Of a stretch of 64,000 nucleotides of DNA, positions 1 to 14,600 are shown one piece after another. The DNA is taken from the NCBI GenBank assembly GCA_002633005.1, contig NMRA01000643.1, positions 166,544 to 230,543 of the forward strand, given 5' to 3'. The translations under genes were made by a program, and so were the position numbers. This DNA is from Phoronis australis (lineage: Eukaryota; Animalia; Phoronida). A model generated the notes under the pieces. The model was given only the letters and a program-made list of their open reading frames with translations. It searched no databases and had not been told where the DNA came from. Each line of letters starts with the position of its first letter. Within the stretch, counting starts at the first letter, position 1.

Positions 1-1228
1 CCTCAGCTTTGTGTGCCTTTAAAAGCCGTGTGCTGTGCGTCTGTTATTTTACTTTAATTTTGTTGTTATGCGGCTCCAAACCACACCTTCCAGTAAACAT
101 TGTTTGAAAGCAAGTTCATGTATGTCAATGCCTGGAGTAGGCACACTCTGGTGGATTATTCAGTCACTTATTGGCTGATTGTATTTGATTAATTGATTAC
201 TTGATAAATCATTAAGTAGAGTTTTTTCTACCAAAGCTGACACTTTCCCTGTGTTGGTGGGAAATGAACATGGAACGTGGTTTTTTGTCAATGAGAGATT
301 GTCCGAAGTTGTTAAGGCAATGGCTTTACAACTCAGCCACATCTGGTGTACAATCGAGAATTTGCCACGTGCTATCAAAAAAGGTTTTTCGATTGTAAAA
401 TAATACCCTCACAGTTGTTTATTGAGTGTACTGGGAATGGAACAGCCCGAAATGACTTCTTTGTTCAGTTTCATTGCATCCCGATTCCTGCAGTGATTAG
501 CTGTCTAGCTGATGCAATTACTGAGTTGTACCACCCCTGTACCAGTTACCACCTAATTTCTTTTTGCAGTCAATAATGAGCACACAGTCGTAAATCTGGC
601 AGCCTGCTCCTGTCTCTAGTTGAGTCACAATCAGGAGATCCCATAACTGCTTATTAGTCCCAACGAGTCAATTTAATGATAATTTGAATTTTGATTGCTC
701 TCAAGTAGGAGACTTATTTTTTCAGACGTGTTCGTCAGTTTTATATTAGAGCAATTTGTCAGCTGCCCAAAAATCTGGAATTGACAGTTGGCGTGTTGTT
801 ACAATCTACTTTTGGTCTTTCCATTGACACATTTGAATAGCAAGTTCAAAAACTAACTGCTGGTTAAGTGTCACTGGGGCCACTACATGGTTTTTCTTTA
901 TCATCCAGTTGAGTGGCCAATTATTTTACAGTCATAGTCTGACTATTAATATTTAATACAGTAAAAATTCACCAACTGAACATGCCCAACAGGTAAAATG
1001 TCATTTTCTCGTTTTCATAAATACTACCTTGCACCAAGGTAAAGCTGTACAATTTTCAGTTTAAAAAATCTTGGACATTCACAAGAAAATTTTTGAAATG
1101 AAAAGGTCAATTGCAACTATTACATTTTTCCAAACATTTTGAGATTTTACCGTATGATGACCTTGTTGATGATTTATATTTTTTAAAATTTAGTGACACT
1201 TTAAAGTACAATTGAATTGCAAAATTGT

Positions 1229-2503
1229 TCAATGCCTGGTGTATTGTTCTTCTCCTTCGCTGTAATAGTAGTGAGCTAAAGGAGATGAGTGGTGGTTGAT
1301 GGGATAGTTTGACTGAACGGGTGGTGGCGGAGGCGGTAGTCGGTGTTCTGGCGAGTTACCATTACACGCCGATGTCCCTGGCAAGGCTGGCTCGTCGAAA
1401 ATACCTTGACCTGCTCGTTCATTTAGTCGAGACGATAACGTGGAACTGTCTCTCATCAGCGTGGCCGAGCTCTCATCTCTACCAGGCAGGTGCGAGTCTC
1501 TCTGGCGGCAGCTTGTTCTGATTCGACAGAACATGCTGAAACTTTTGTCAAAGAACAAGAGAATGACTGGCGAGACTACAGCGTGAGACCAGGCAAGTAG
1601 ACTGAGCAGTCTGTACAGTTCCTTGGACTGTTTGAAGTCTTTGTCAATCAGTGTTAGCATGAACAGGGGATACCAGCACAAAATGAACGCAATCGTTATA
1701 ACGATGTAAATTTTGGCACGGCTTATCGCGACATTCACATTTTCTTTCATCGTCCTCGCTGACAGTCCTTTCGAATATGTGGTTGCCTGGCGAATCAGTT
1801 TTACCACTTGCTCCAGCTTGCTGGACCTCAAGTTACGGTAGTAGTTTATTAAGTAGTAAAAGATCAACAGCAAAGAACATGACACTATTCCTATCCAAAT
1901 GCAGTGGATCACGTAATTCTGTATTCCTCCATAGGCGAATATACAGTTTCCTATGGGACTGTTAAAGGAAAATGTTCCTCCAATGAGGGTTGGTCCAAGG
2001 TGAATGATAACACTGCCGATGTATACCATCAGTATTCCAAAGGTTATGCAGCAGATGGTGCCCTTTGCGTCCTCTCCGCCGATGGCAGTGTCCTTGAACG
2101 TGTATGCCTCAGTGGACACCATTGCCAGCATGTTGAATGTCGACACTGTCACCAAGATCACATAACCTCCTGCCAGCAAGTCGCAGAACCGCGGGGCTTC
2201 CTTCGTCAACAGACTGTTGGCAAACGGGATGCACAAGGCGCTTTTGGCACCATCTATGAGGCACTGATGGATGATGAATGCGTTGGTCATCCGTCGCAGA
2301 TGTTTACAGCACAGGATGATGGCAATTATGACCAGGTTTGAGACGCCACCGAATATGGCCAGAACGTAAAGGTAATACGCCTCTACTTCCATCCACCTGG
2401 TGGCACCTGCAGTCGTTGTGTTAGTGTTGTTACCGATGCCATTTTGGCTTGGTGTCGCTAAAGTCACCATCAAGGTGGTTAGAAATTGTTGATCGTACTC
2501 CAT
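1229..2503 (-). CDS. Orphan class A (rhodopsin-like) GPCR, 424 aa, single coding exon
   Basis: Seven hydrophobic segments. Motifs: TM1 GGVSN, ICL1 LRRMTNAF, TM2 CLID, Cys at the top of TM3 plus an ECL2 Cys (GNCIF), TM6 FILCWYP. N-terminal sequons (NNT/NTT) and a Pro-rich tail. DRY is replaced by TEAY and NPxxY by SPVIL. Confidence 0.9.
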   Translation of the reverse strand: MEYDQQFLTTLMVTLATPSQNGIGNNTNTTTAGATRWMEVEAYYLYVLAIFGGVSNLVIIAIILCCKHLRRMTNAFIIHQCLIDGAKSALCIPFANSLLTKEAPRFCDLLAGGYVILVTVSTFNMLAMVSTEAYTFKDTAIGGEDAKGTICCITFGILMVYIGSVIIHLGPTLIGGTFSFNSPIGNCIFAYGGIQNYVIHCIWIGIVSCSLLLIFYYLINYYRNLRSSKLEQVVKLIRQATTYSKGLSARTMKENVNVAISRAKIYIVITIAFILCWYPLFMLTLIDKDFKQSKELYRLLSLLAWSHAVVSPVILLFFDKSFSMFCRIRTSCRQRDSHLPGRDESSATLMRDSSTLSSRLNERAGQGIFDEPALPGTSACNGNSPEHRLPPPPPPVQSNYPINHHSSPLAHYYYSEGEEQYTRH

Positions 2504-2667
2504 GACTCAGTCAAGATGTCTACATGGGAACATGCGACAACACGTATACAGGTAAAATCCTGGGTTGGTTTAACATGCACATTAATACTTCTGGTCTTAT
2601 CCCATCTTCCCCTGCAGATTGCTACTGTCGTCATTGACTGATAATCTCATCACCTTGGGATTTCATC

Positions 2668-2682
2668 CTGTAAAGAAAGCGA
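2668..2682 (-). promoter_or_regulatory. Probable splice acceptor of a 5'UTR intron of the class A GPCR
   Basis: The minus strand reads gctttctttacag|GATGAAATC about 165 nt upstream of the ATG: a pyrimidine tract plus CAG. Confidence 0.5.
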
Positions 2683-5600
2683 ATAGGGTTATTCATCAGT
2701 TCTGTTTTTGCTGTTTTGTGTTTCTGTTAGAATTTGTCAGACTTTTCTTTCTGTGAGTTTGATGACGTTCATCATAGGTTGATCATGATTTAACAATTTG
2801 CTTGCATACACTTTTCACATTGGATAGTGGTAGTAAAAGACTTACTCACTCTTTTTTGCTGTAATTTAAAGTGTTTGACGTAACAAATTTTTGCTAGAAG
2901 AATTTTATTTTCTAATATCACAACTTGAGGAAGACACTTGTTTTTTGATCGCATTTAGCATTCCACTGATTGAACTACGAAGTAATTAAAGGTTCCTTCT
3001 GACATTATTCTTGTTTAGTCATCTGATAAAGCCATCACCTTTGTTAGCTGGTGTTTTTGCTAGGAAAAAAACATGCAAGTCAGTTTTCTCTTCAACTTAT
3101 TTTCAAAAGTCATCTTGAATTTCGATTTCCATTAGCATCATCAATACAATACTTAAATCATAGAAATGCAAAAGTTATTTCTTGTTATTTTATAAGTCCA
3201 AAATTAGAAAGTCGTAGCATTTATCATGATCATTTGTTATTGCGTCTTGTGGAGTTCTAACTTTCCAAAAGTAAAATATATCACTATTCCTGATATGAAT
3301 TTAGAATGCACACTAAACTGTTTAAATTCTTTATTTCAATATCCTCTGGCTTTTCACCAGGAACCATTTTGAGGTTGCTTTGCAAGTTGGCATCGATTCT
3401 TTAATTACATGTTTTGAACCCGGAAGATGAATTGAAAACCTCAACAATATGCTTTCAATAATCCTATTATTGATAATCAGTAGTTTTCAACTTGCAAACT
3501 TTTCTGAAACAGGTGGGAGCGCTTTGATAGATGCCACATTTTACAATGCTAACAAGCACTGAATTATCTTTCCACAATGGCAACAGGTAATTACCCATTT
3601 CAGTGCTATCGGAAGGCACCAAAGACTTTTGATTAGTATATTTCAACAGGCATTTTGACCTTTTGAAGGACTTTTTAAGCCATCTGTAGGTAGGCTGGTA
3701 ATCAAAAAGAAATAGAAAATGCACCATGTTCAACGACAATTGCCGGTTAAGTTTTGTTTTTACTAGACTTACCTTTAGCTCAGTGAACTGTAACATCAAT
3801 GCTCCGAGTTACTCGATTCGTGCGTTTTTGGTGATTTATACCCTCGTTTGTTTACAATAGACAAAAATTCATTTCTAGCCAATAGAGAGAAAATAGTCTG
3901 TTGTTTTGCCAGTTACGTAGTACATACGTTACGCAGTCCATACACGGGTGGGGGTCTTTTTGGTTAGTTGTGCTGGTATTGTGCCAATTAATATCTCTTT
4001 GATCTGAGTGCATTAGAAAGTTGATTAATGTTATTAATCAATGAGGTTACATTGTTTTTGTTGATTGCTCGTATAAATTAGCATTGTTCTGGCAACATCA
4101 AAGGCAAACAGTGCTTAGTTTGGGCAATACACTGTTTTTATTTCCCTAATTGCTATTTAATATGTTTCTTATTCTGCCTTATTGTGCCTAATACCCTGCA
4201 GTTTGTAGTCAGTTGGTCTATTCTGTATGTTCATACAATAACACAAGCACCTTCCGCAGGAATTAATGTCAAACTTGTGGAAGGTTCCAAGATGTTGCTC
4301 CGTAATGTTCGTGAAAAATGCTTTGGATATCTATTTTTCAGAAGTGGTTAAATTTGTCATCATCATCATCAAGTATGATTCTTCCTTCTCAAAGATATGT
4401 AACATTCAAGTCTGAATCTCAGTTGGCAATTACAATCAATGTCACATTACTTTTAAGATAAGGTTGATGTAGAAAGGTTTCACAGATAACGATGTCCATT
4501 CAAAAGACACAAGCTCATCAATTAGATTATTCAGAAGCACGTTAAAGTGCCGCTCACAAGTAAAAATTAGTGGAAATAATCATCTCTATTTTAGGCAAAT
4601 CTTTACTAAGAAAGATTTTTTCATTGGAACAGGAATTCATAGGAATTCTGTGCCCGGTTGCATGAAACAGTCCTAAATCTGCTGCGTATTTGTAGGTTTG
4701 TGAAAACTGTCCTTTCCTATGCTGTTTGAGTATAATGACTAACAAATTTTTTGGCTCTGATGCAAATTGAGAGTGAACTCTACTTCTCAATATTATTGAA
4801 AATAAGTTAGCGATCTTTTCATGCCCCTAATTATTTTGATTGAATTAAGGACTCAGTTTTTAGTTATATTATCAGTAGAACAGTGGCAGTAGTAAAATAA
4901 GAGCTCATAATGAAGATAAAATGATTGAAAAAATATTACATCTGTGAGTGAGGAACGAACCAAATGTGCAAAAGATTTAAGGAACTTAGTTGAGTCCCTT
5001 GTTGGGAATGCTTCATGCAACCAGCCACTGAGTTCTACCAACTTTCGGTGAATTATAACCAGAAAAATGACCTACTGGTTTGTTAATTCAATTAAAATTC
5101 CTATTGTTATCTGTATCATGAAACCACTGATACTGATGCATGACTGCGTAGTGTCAGTGTCTGCCAATAGGGGCAACATAACTTGGTATTCATAAATCCA
5201 TTGGGGACACGACCATTTCTGATATTAATCCCTTGTATGTTTTTCTGAAATATGTCTAGAGTTTCAAAGTAGATGGTAACGGCACTAAAGATACAATGAA
5301 CCCTAGTGGGAAATCTTAGAGTTAAATTCTATTGCACGCTTGTAGCACCTCAAATTTCCTGTGTGAGAAAATATAATATGTTTATTGATCGATTTGATGA
5401 AACATGAAGTTGTAATTTGAAAATTCTAGAATCGTTAGTAATTTTGTACATTAAGGGTAATCAGCTTCATTATCTTTTGCGTCATTCTTAATACAGATTT
5501 TTAAGCTCTGGAATAATATTGAGATAAAGGTTATTGTCAACCTTCGTGGATTTTTTTAAAAAGTCAATAGCCACACTTTGCATAAAATTATGGTTTTTCA

Positions 5601-7569
5601 TTGCTCCCCACTATATGTCTTTAAACCCATCATTTATGTGGGAATTTTTTGAAGTATTTAGATGATTTCTATACATGTGGTAAATCTTTATGCACCATTT
5701 TCAGGTCTTTCGATTTTTGAAGCTTTTAGCAGTTTTGAACAACAATTTCTCTTTAGTTTGTAGCTTATGGATATATTTCCCAGATTTTTTTATTTTCCTT
5801 TGATCAAGAGAGAGAGCTACCTTCAATGATAAAAGATTTGTGACGTTGTTCTAAAAAGACTTTGACGGCTGACATCTGTTGTGTGAGGGTGAATAAAAAT
5901 GGGAGTAACAGTTGCCTGGGTATTGTCATTAACTTTGTGTGTAGAACTTTGTTGACAAGGATGTGTTGTTAGCCAAATATCCACAAATCTGCAGATTTTA
6001 ACTCAGTAAAAGTACGCATTTCTGAAAGAAGAAAGGGCGAATAAATTGATTTTCTCTTTTTACCAGTCTGTCATTAACTGGGTCAGGTAACCATGTCTTT
6101 TTAGTAAAACTTAGCAATAAGTAATCGTTATGTTGATAGGAAAACAACTATCAATAACGGTATCAAATTTTATTTGATGTAAATGTTCAAGACGAGATTC
6201 TAAAAGTGCTGCTACAATTTTCTAAAATATCATTTGATTTTTAATGCAGCTTCAGACTTTTTCATGAAAATCTGAAAGTTCTATGGAAAAGTAGAGTATT
6301 TTAAAACAATCCCTGACAAGGTTTTGGAAAACTGCCTAAAGCTTAGTACCTGACAGTTTCAAACATATCCAATCAGCCTTATCTGAGATGTGATGTTTCA
6401 AAGTTAGCCACAAATTTGGATATTTTCCTAGATTCATGCATAACCTTCCGAAAATTTGGCTGAAACACTAAGTCATCTTTAGTTTAATTTTTAGAAATCC
6501 ATGTAAAAAGTAAGAAATGATATTTTTGTAAAAAAATGCCAGTCATGCTATTGTGTAAGATTATATGACTTGAGTTATACTTTTTCTATAATTGAGGATT
6601 CCGAAAGTATATTTATATGGTTAAAAAGGTTGATAATAACATTTTCAGTCACTTGCTTTTAGTAAAAACTATTGGGGGATTCCATGTAAAATGGTTGTGG
6701 GCTCACTATAACTTGGTGACATTTAACACTAGTTTGTGGACATCAGAATTACGATTGCAATGTGCTTTTTGGTGTAAGTATGATGGAGCAACCATTATAC
6801 AAATATAATGAGATTAAGAGTGAGCCTCTAAATTCATTGATCAGAAGTACATAGTCGATAAGCAAATCTTTTGTTGAGGAATGCGCCATCCAATCACACT
6901 GAAACTAAATCTCACCATCCAATTTAACATATAATCCAAATCGGGTTACACATGCCTAAGTTATCTGTGTTGTCACAGAATGTTGACAGGAAGACAGCTA
7001 GCCCACAATGCATTGGGAAAACAACAGCAGCACTGTTCATGAAATCGCTGAAATTGATTACTGAAATTTTATGCATTAATCTGTGATTCTTAATAGCCAC
7101 TGTTAGCTGATATGTAAGGCAAAATTTCTTGTTCGCTGTTGAGACTATTTTTTCAAAAACGGGCTTGTCTAAAAAAGATGAAGCACTGATAATTTACTGC
7201 ACATTGTTATTTTTGCTCCGTTACTTATGTTTTATTTAACAGTTTAATTTTAAACCTTGCTATTCATTCTTTTAAAGTGGAACTTGCACACTAACTCCTT
7301 ATCTTTGTGATTGCTTTGCCAAATTAGTTAGAAACACTACATATAGCCACGATGTGAATAAGAAATAGGTTGAAAATTGCCACATAGTTTTAGAAAGAGT
7401 TGTGGCGAAAATGATCTGCTAGTAAGTATGTGGCGAGGTGCTAGGGAATAATACTACATGATGTGGGCTATATGAACTCATCATTAGTACAAAGGTCACC
7501 TGTTTGTGAATTTTTTGTTTTCACATTTACAAGTTGTCAGTGGATACAGCTGCACTTTGGTTATAATTG

Positions 7570-7628
7570 TCGTTCAGTTCATAATGTTCAGTTCATAACC
7601 TTCAGTTCATAACGTTCAGTTCATAACG
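7570..7628. repeat. 14-bp tandem repeat (gttcagttcataac), about 4 copies
   Basis: Directly visible. Confidence 0.85.
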
Positions 7629-10600
7629 CGAAATGTTTGTGATAGAATCTCAGGGGTTACAGGGACTATAAACTTGACACCTTTTATCAGTGATTTCAAT
7701 AGTTTATTACCCATTGGAGCTGTATGGGCAGTAAACATAGTAATTATGCCTGGTCTGGCAATGTGTACAGGTATGAAATCGTATGTTACTGGCCAAACAT
7801 AAGTCTGTGGTTTTCTCAGGAATTTCCACAGACCTACAGATGAGGCGAGGTTTTTCAGGTCGGTCTATCAGGACCAAAACGCAATATGTCCTGCTGTACA
7901 TTAGCATGGGTAGGAACATGCAAATGCACCTATAATGTTATTTACATTCCCACGTGAAAATAACCTCATACAATTCCAGTATTTGTCACAGAAATTTTTA
8001 CTATGAAAAACTCTTCCATTGGGACTTTTAATTTTTCTGGGATTCGGATTTCCATCTAATTATGCAGGATTAATTCTGAGGAAAATTTATTCCTCAGGTG
8101 ATTTTTTTTGTCAATTGAAGTTCCAAGTCAGGCTACTCTATAACTGATGTTATCAGTCTGACAGGTGTCTTTTCAAGGCCTTCCATAGGCACTACAGAAC
8201 TTGCTGGGATTCTCTATTGCATAGGGACACAGTAAATTAGTGGAACTTATTCCTGCGAATTTTTTCGGGATTCTGAAATACACTGGGAAAGTTAATACGA
8301 GTTGAAAGCAGCTGTATGTATTCTGCGATTAGACTGGAAAAATGCGTGCTTGGTGTGTATGTAGACATTACTGAAGCTGTTGCGAGTAGAATAAAGAAGG
8401 TTAATGATTATTAACTACTGCATCAGCAAGACAAATTTTGAGATCTGCAAATACTTTTGATGAATGGCAAAAGTATCCAGGATTGGTTTTAACCTGTAGA
8501 AATACAGTCATCCAGAAAAGTATTTAAGGTTATTTGAGATCCTAGAAAAGTGTCCAAATTTGGCTCTCTTCAGAACATCATATATGAGATGATGAGATTC
8601 TAATGAGACTTTCAAATACTGCACTTTAAACACTGTTCTCCAAAATGCCGTTAGGAATTATAGGTTTCAAATGTTCCACTTTTACATGAGGGGCTATCCA
8701 AACTTGCGACATTTCTTAATTTTTTATCAAAAAAATCTAATGCAGCGTAAAACGAAAAGGAAAGGATAATTGAGAGTTAATCTCGAAGATGAATTTATAA
8801 CTAAAGATATTGGCCATGCTAATGATGCGGTTGCTTTACTACGACTATGCCTCACTTTTTTGCTTAATTTTATCAATGACAGATTGGTATAAAGTAAAAA
8901 TTCAAGTTTTACAAGCTTTCTAATGCTAGAAAATACTTTACCTAGGTTAGATTTTGTAGTTTTGTAGTTGGCCAAATGCACAAATAACCCTACTCTACGG
9001 AGACAGAGATTATCGTTCTTCCAATAGTGAAGTAGGAATATTACTAATCTGCTCCTGCCATATTCAAGAATTATCAGCTCCACTTCCTCGACATTTATCG
9101 AGCTTCTGTCACTTCTGACCATCTGTGGCAATCCTTACATTAACAGATGGTTTGGAAGTGAAAATTACTTTTGAAACTTACCTGTGAAACTTAAGAGTAA
9201 TGTTCTTCAAGGGAAATTTAATTGGTGCTACCATACATGGTGTGAATGAAAGCCTAAAAATTTTTACACAAGGTATGGCCATCTTCCCAGGTTTATAGTC
9301 TATAGCACATTTCACCTACACTAACAGAGCTGCCAAGTCCCAATTGTTCCCTTTTATGCATTGCCATTGATCGCAAATTTCATATACCAGGTGCTGTGTA
9401 TTGTTGGCATTGAAGTGCTTTTCTAGTAGAGGTTCACGCAAAATATAGCTTGGCCAGTTATATTGTTTGAAAAATCAATTTCTCCTCAAACTGTTTGCCC
9501 TGGCCCAAGATGTATGTTAGCATTGGCCAGGCTTGTTGACAGACACCTGTCATGTTAACTTTTCTTTCATAGTATCTATTTTTCCTGATAAGTGTATATC
9601 CGCTTAATATAATGATTAAAGGACACACCTGTGTTAAAGTACTGCTAGATTGTGTGTAAGACTAGACATTTATTTCTCAGCATGATATAGAGGTCATTAC
9701 TGAATTTAATTTTTTTATACTTAATATTATGCGAAATTCCATTTTGTCATCGCAAAATAATAGCTGAGGTTTAACACTGTCGACAATGCCAACATGTTGG
9801 AAACCAGAAGTTCATGACAGTGACTAAAGTCACCTTCAAAAATATTACACAATAATTTGAAGGTGCTTGCAGTTATGAAGTTGAGTCTTGTTGAGTAAGG
9901 TGATGAGTGAACTGAGTTGAGTTTTAGATTATCTGACGAATGTTCCATGTTCCGCTAGTAACTAAAGGCATAACAGATGTCTGGATACCTTTTACTGAAA
10001 TGTGTAAATACTGCCATGATTGCAAATTGCTGTGAATTCCATACATTTCCATTGTCACTAAACATCAGTGTCTGTGTTTCAATTATGACCACATGTTGAT
10101 AAAATGTTCAAATAAAATAGAGTATAAATTGTGCTTTTTTACTCCAGCATGACACAACAATATCACTAGCTTTCAAGCCTGTGTGCAGCCTCCTCCTCAG
10201 GTCAGTAAAGAAACAACAGTAATTACAGACGGGCATGGAGTAAAAGGGAGTCGTCATCTTATTTTATGTTCATGTTACCTCTATAGCTTTATGCTGTTAT
10301 ATTTTATTTACTCAGATCACATGAAACGCGAAGGTTGTGAAAATCAATAAAATTATACTGATGTTGGGTTATTTTTAGCGCATTGAAACTGAAGTTTGTG
10401 GATTATGGTATTCCATAGGATCAAATCTTGAAACCTTTGCTAACTTATTTCCACCAAAATTTTAAGTATTTTAAGATATTTTTATGGTCCTTTATAACTG
10501 TGTGCTCAAATTATATTTTTATGAAACCGCTGAAACTTTTTAAAGCATCAGTGAAGATAAAACATTTCAGCCAATACTGTTAAAATAGCAGTGTGTTAAC

Positions 10601-10993
10601 ATACAGTTATTGTGAATTTCCGGTTTCAGACAAAAATGGTCTTTCGTTTTTCAAAACTTTGAGAGTAGCTGTGGTTCAAAACTTGGACATTGAAAAACTT
10701 TGATTTCGTGCTGCATATGTGTCATGGAAAAAATGCTGAGATAAGATTTTACATGTCGGACAAGTTGGTGACATTGTACTGTAACCTTTATTGTGTGTGA
10801 TTTTAAGAATACAATTTCTCTATCTTAAGAACAGCAGAATAGTACAGATGATAAAAAGATGTCATTTTGACTGTTTTAACTCTGGTGGGACATTTTGTCT
10901 ACTTTCATACATGTATACACAGTTGATTTGTCATAATTTTATTAAGTGATCAAATATTGATATGCGTTTCCAATATACTGGCGTGACTCTAAA

Positions 10994-11667
10994 GGCCCTT
11001 TCCTAAACAGTAAATTCTGCTGTTATTGAAGCTTCCATGTTAAACTGTGGTTAACCACGAAGTTAAGCGTTTGTGTTCCCATCAGCTTCGGAGTTAGTTA
11101 GGAAACTGGTTCAGCGAAGTTATCGCAAGGCAGTGCTGGTGTGACCTTCGGTCATATGTCTTGCTGTTTTTGGCATTACCATCATAGCAAGGATGTCTCT
11201 CTTTCCTCAAGTGGACACTAAAATTTCAACTTAACAAGGCAGCCAATGGTTGCCATGTTGTGACGATGAGAATATACTAGATGACAAGTATTAAAAAATA
11301 ACTTGAAGATGCTAACAGTTGGTCCAAACAAAGGAAGTATGGCATATTATGGGAACTCTTTGCATAAACTAAACGTTCAGAATCCAGCAAATACGTGGAT
11401 AAATTGATACAGAAGGCTTAGGCTGCCAAAATAATAAATATTGGAACAAAATATTAACCAGTTACCGCGCACTGCTTGCAAACACAGTGACCCCTGTCAT
11501 AACTCCAATGGTATCAAAGTTAAGTGTTCCCATGGTAGCGAAACATCAACACTTCGCTGTTAAATCCACCTGTTATTTCTGAATTTAACTCGCATTGTTA
11601 ACTTCATTTCAAGACTGAAGTTAGAAGTTCCCAATGACCAAAGCTTTTACGAGTAATTGGAAAGGCC
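10994..11667. mobile_element. Degraded non-autonomous DNA transposon (PIF/Harbinger-like MITE)
   Basis: Terminal inverted ggccctttcc ... ggaaaggcc in AT-rich flanks, with a recurring internal gttccca motif. The TSD is not clean. Confidence 0.4.
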
Positions 11668-14600
11668 TTTTAATATTCATATTCCTGTATTTATTTTCCC
11701 AACCTTACCTGTGGCAGGGATGTTACAGTAAGTAGCAGGGCTGCTCTATGTATCTTATCAACATTAACCTGTTCTGTCCAATTCTTTATTGAACATTAGC
11801 TCTAAGTAGCTTAGTGGTGTCTGGTATTAATTTGTATTACATGTTCATTCAGATAACTATCCCTTTAGTAGACTGCATATTGACTTTCAGCTGGTAAATA
11901 TTGTTACTGGCTGCGTTTTATCCACTAGTTCGTCTAGTTGCTTTGGAATCGGATTAATCCCGAAATCTTACCTTAAAGAATTAGATTCGATCTATTCTTA
12001 ACTTAGAATTGCCTTCTAATGAATTAAAAACACTATGCAGCGTCATTTTGGATGTCAAGTTCAGTAGATAGTGTATCGGATTGCTCAACTACAGATAGTC
12101 TCTCTAGAACAACTGTTCAAATTTTTTTTGCGATTTTAAAATGTATGTGCATTGCATTTTTCTGCGTTCTGTTTTTTATTGTCAAGCGTAAAGTTTTGGC
12201 GAGTGCAAGACTCCGGCTTCTATGAAAATATACCACCAGCACCACCGACTTGTCTTCTGGCGTAGGAATAATCAAATGCATTGGAATTAATTAATCAAAA
12301 ATTACTGTGTCTGCCTGACTGGAGAATCCCCATTAAGAAACCCTCTGCGTAATAACGTGGGAAATGGTTCTAGTGCATTCCTTTATTGATTTGTTTTCTC
12401 ATTTCCAATAGTGTATGGACATTGGTCCTCTCATATCTGTGTTCACATCGTTTACCAATCTCCCTCATATTTAGATTTTTTCTGTTTTTCCTTGAACTTA
12501 CTCGCTTTGAGATTTACAGCATTTTTTATCTTGGCTAAAGAGTTTCAAATCAATATCAGTTTTAATTATTTCTCCTGTCCAAGAGAAGGCCCTTTTGTTG
12601 ATGTTTGTGAAGCGTTTGGCACAGAATCGTCTGAGCTTTATGTTTATAGTTATTTCATGGCAATATGAATTTTTTCTCCAGACTCAAAGCTTTGTCTTGG
12701 CATTTCTGGTTAAATGAACAGATTTGAAGTATATTATTCAGAGCAAAGGTTTTCTCAAATGAAGTGCACTCCAACTTTTTTACTGACAATATAGTGTAAA
12801 TATTTGACTTTGGGAAGGAAACCTTTGCATTACCATGAGTCTTACGCATTATGTGCAGAATCGAATGATAAGATAATTAACATATTGTGTTTGGTACTCT
12901 AAACTAAATCAGTAGACGCCAGGGGTTTGTTAAAGAAAACGCGCTGCTGAAAAACATTTGTTAATAGCAAAGAATTTCAAATTCTGCTCGGCCTTTTCTT
13001 AAATATAAATGCATTAAACAAGAAAGTGCCTGACTAGATCTCATTTACACGGTACTAGTTGACATGGAACAACCTACTTGGAACAAATTGACGCCACTGT
13101 GACAACTTTTGTCACTCCTTTCTGAGGNCCATGTTGTGACGATGAGAATATACTAGATGACAAGTATTAAAAAATAACTTGAAGATGCTAACAGTTGGTC
13201 CAAACAAAGGCAGTATGGCATATTGTGGGAACTCTTTGCGTAAACTAAACGTTCAGTGATTTTTTTATTGTAAAGAATCCAGCAAATACGTGGATAAATT
13301 GATACAGAAGGCTTGCGCTGCCAAAATAATAAATATTGGAACAAAATATTAACCAGTCACCGCGCACTGCTTGCAAACACAGTGACTCCTGTCGATAACT
13401 CCGATGGTATCAAAGTTAAGTGTTCCCATGGTAGCGAAGTGTTGATATCAACACTTCGCTACTAAATCCACCTGTTTCTTCTGAAGTCAACTCACACTGT
13501 TAACTTCATTTCAAGACCGAAGTTAAAAGTTCCCAATGACCAAAGCTTTTACGAGTCATTGGAAAGGCCTTTTAATATTCATATTCATGTATTTATTTTC
13601 ACAACCTTACCTGTAGCAGGGGTACAGTAAGTAGCAGGGCTGCTCTATGTATCTTATCAACATTAACCTGTTCTGTTCAATTCTTTATTGAACATTAGCT
13701 CTAAGTAGCTTAGTGGTGTCTGGTATTAATTTGTATTACATGTTCATTCAGATAACTATCCCTTTAGTAGACTGCATATTGACTTTCAGCTGGTAAATAT
13801 TGTTACTGGCTGTGTTTTATCCACTAGTTCGTCTAGTTGCTTTGGAATCGGATTAATCCCGAAATCTTACGTTAAAGAATTAGATTCGATCTATTCTTAA
13901 CTTAGAATTGCCTTCTAATGAATTAAAAACATTATGCAGCATCATTGTGGATGTCAAGTTCAGTAGATAGTGTATCGGATTGCTCAACTACAGATAGTCT
14001 CTCTAGAACAACTATTCAATTTTTTTTTGCGATTTTAAAATGTATGTGCATTGCATTTTTCTGCATTTTGTTTTTTATTGTCAAGTGTAAAGTTTTGGCG
14101 AGTGCAAGACTCCGGCTTCTATGAAAATATACCACCAGCACCACCGACTTGTCTTCTGGCGTAGGAATAATCAAATGCATTGGAATTAATTAATCAAAAA
14201 ATTACTGTGTCTGCCTGACTGGAGAATCCCCATTAAGAAACCCTCTGCGTAATAACGTGGGAAATGGTTCTAGTGCATTCCTTTATTGATTTGTTTTCTC
14301 ATTTCCAATAGTGTATGGACATTGGTAATCTCATATCTGTGTTCACATAGTTTACCAATCTCCCTCATATTTAGATTTTTTCTGTTTTTCCTTGAACTTA
14401 CTCGCTTTGAGATTTACAGCATTTTTTATCTTGGCTAAAGAGTTTCAAATCAATATCAGTTTTAATTATTTCTCCTGTCCAAGAGAAGGCCCTTTTGTTG
14501 ATGTTTGTGAAGCGTTTGGCACAGAATCGTCTGAGCTTTATGTTTATAGTTATTTCATGGCAATATGAATTTTTTCTCCAGACTCAAAGCTTTGTCTTGG

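Noticed and set aside
1960-2005. ggtccaag|gtgaat as the missing MTO1 exon ending in GPR
   Set aside because: The upstream peptide (LLKENVPPMRV) does not resemble MTO1; it is the antisense of the GPCR's LGPTLIGG.
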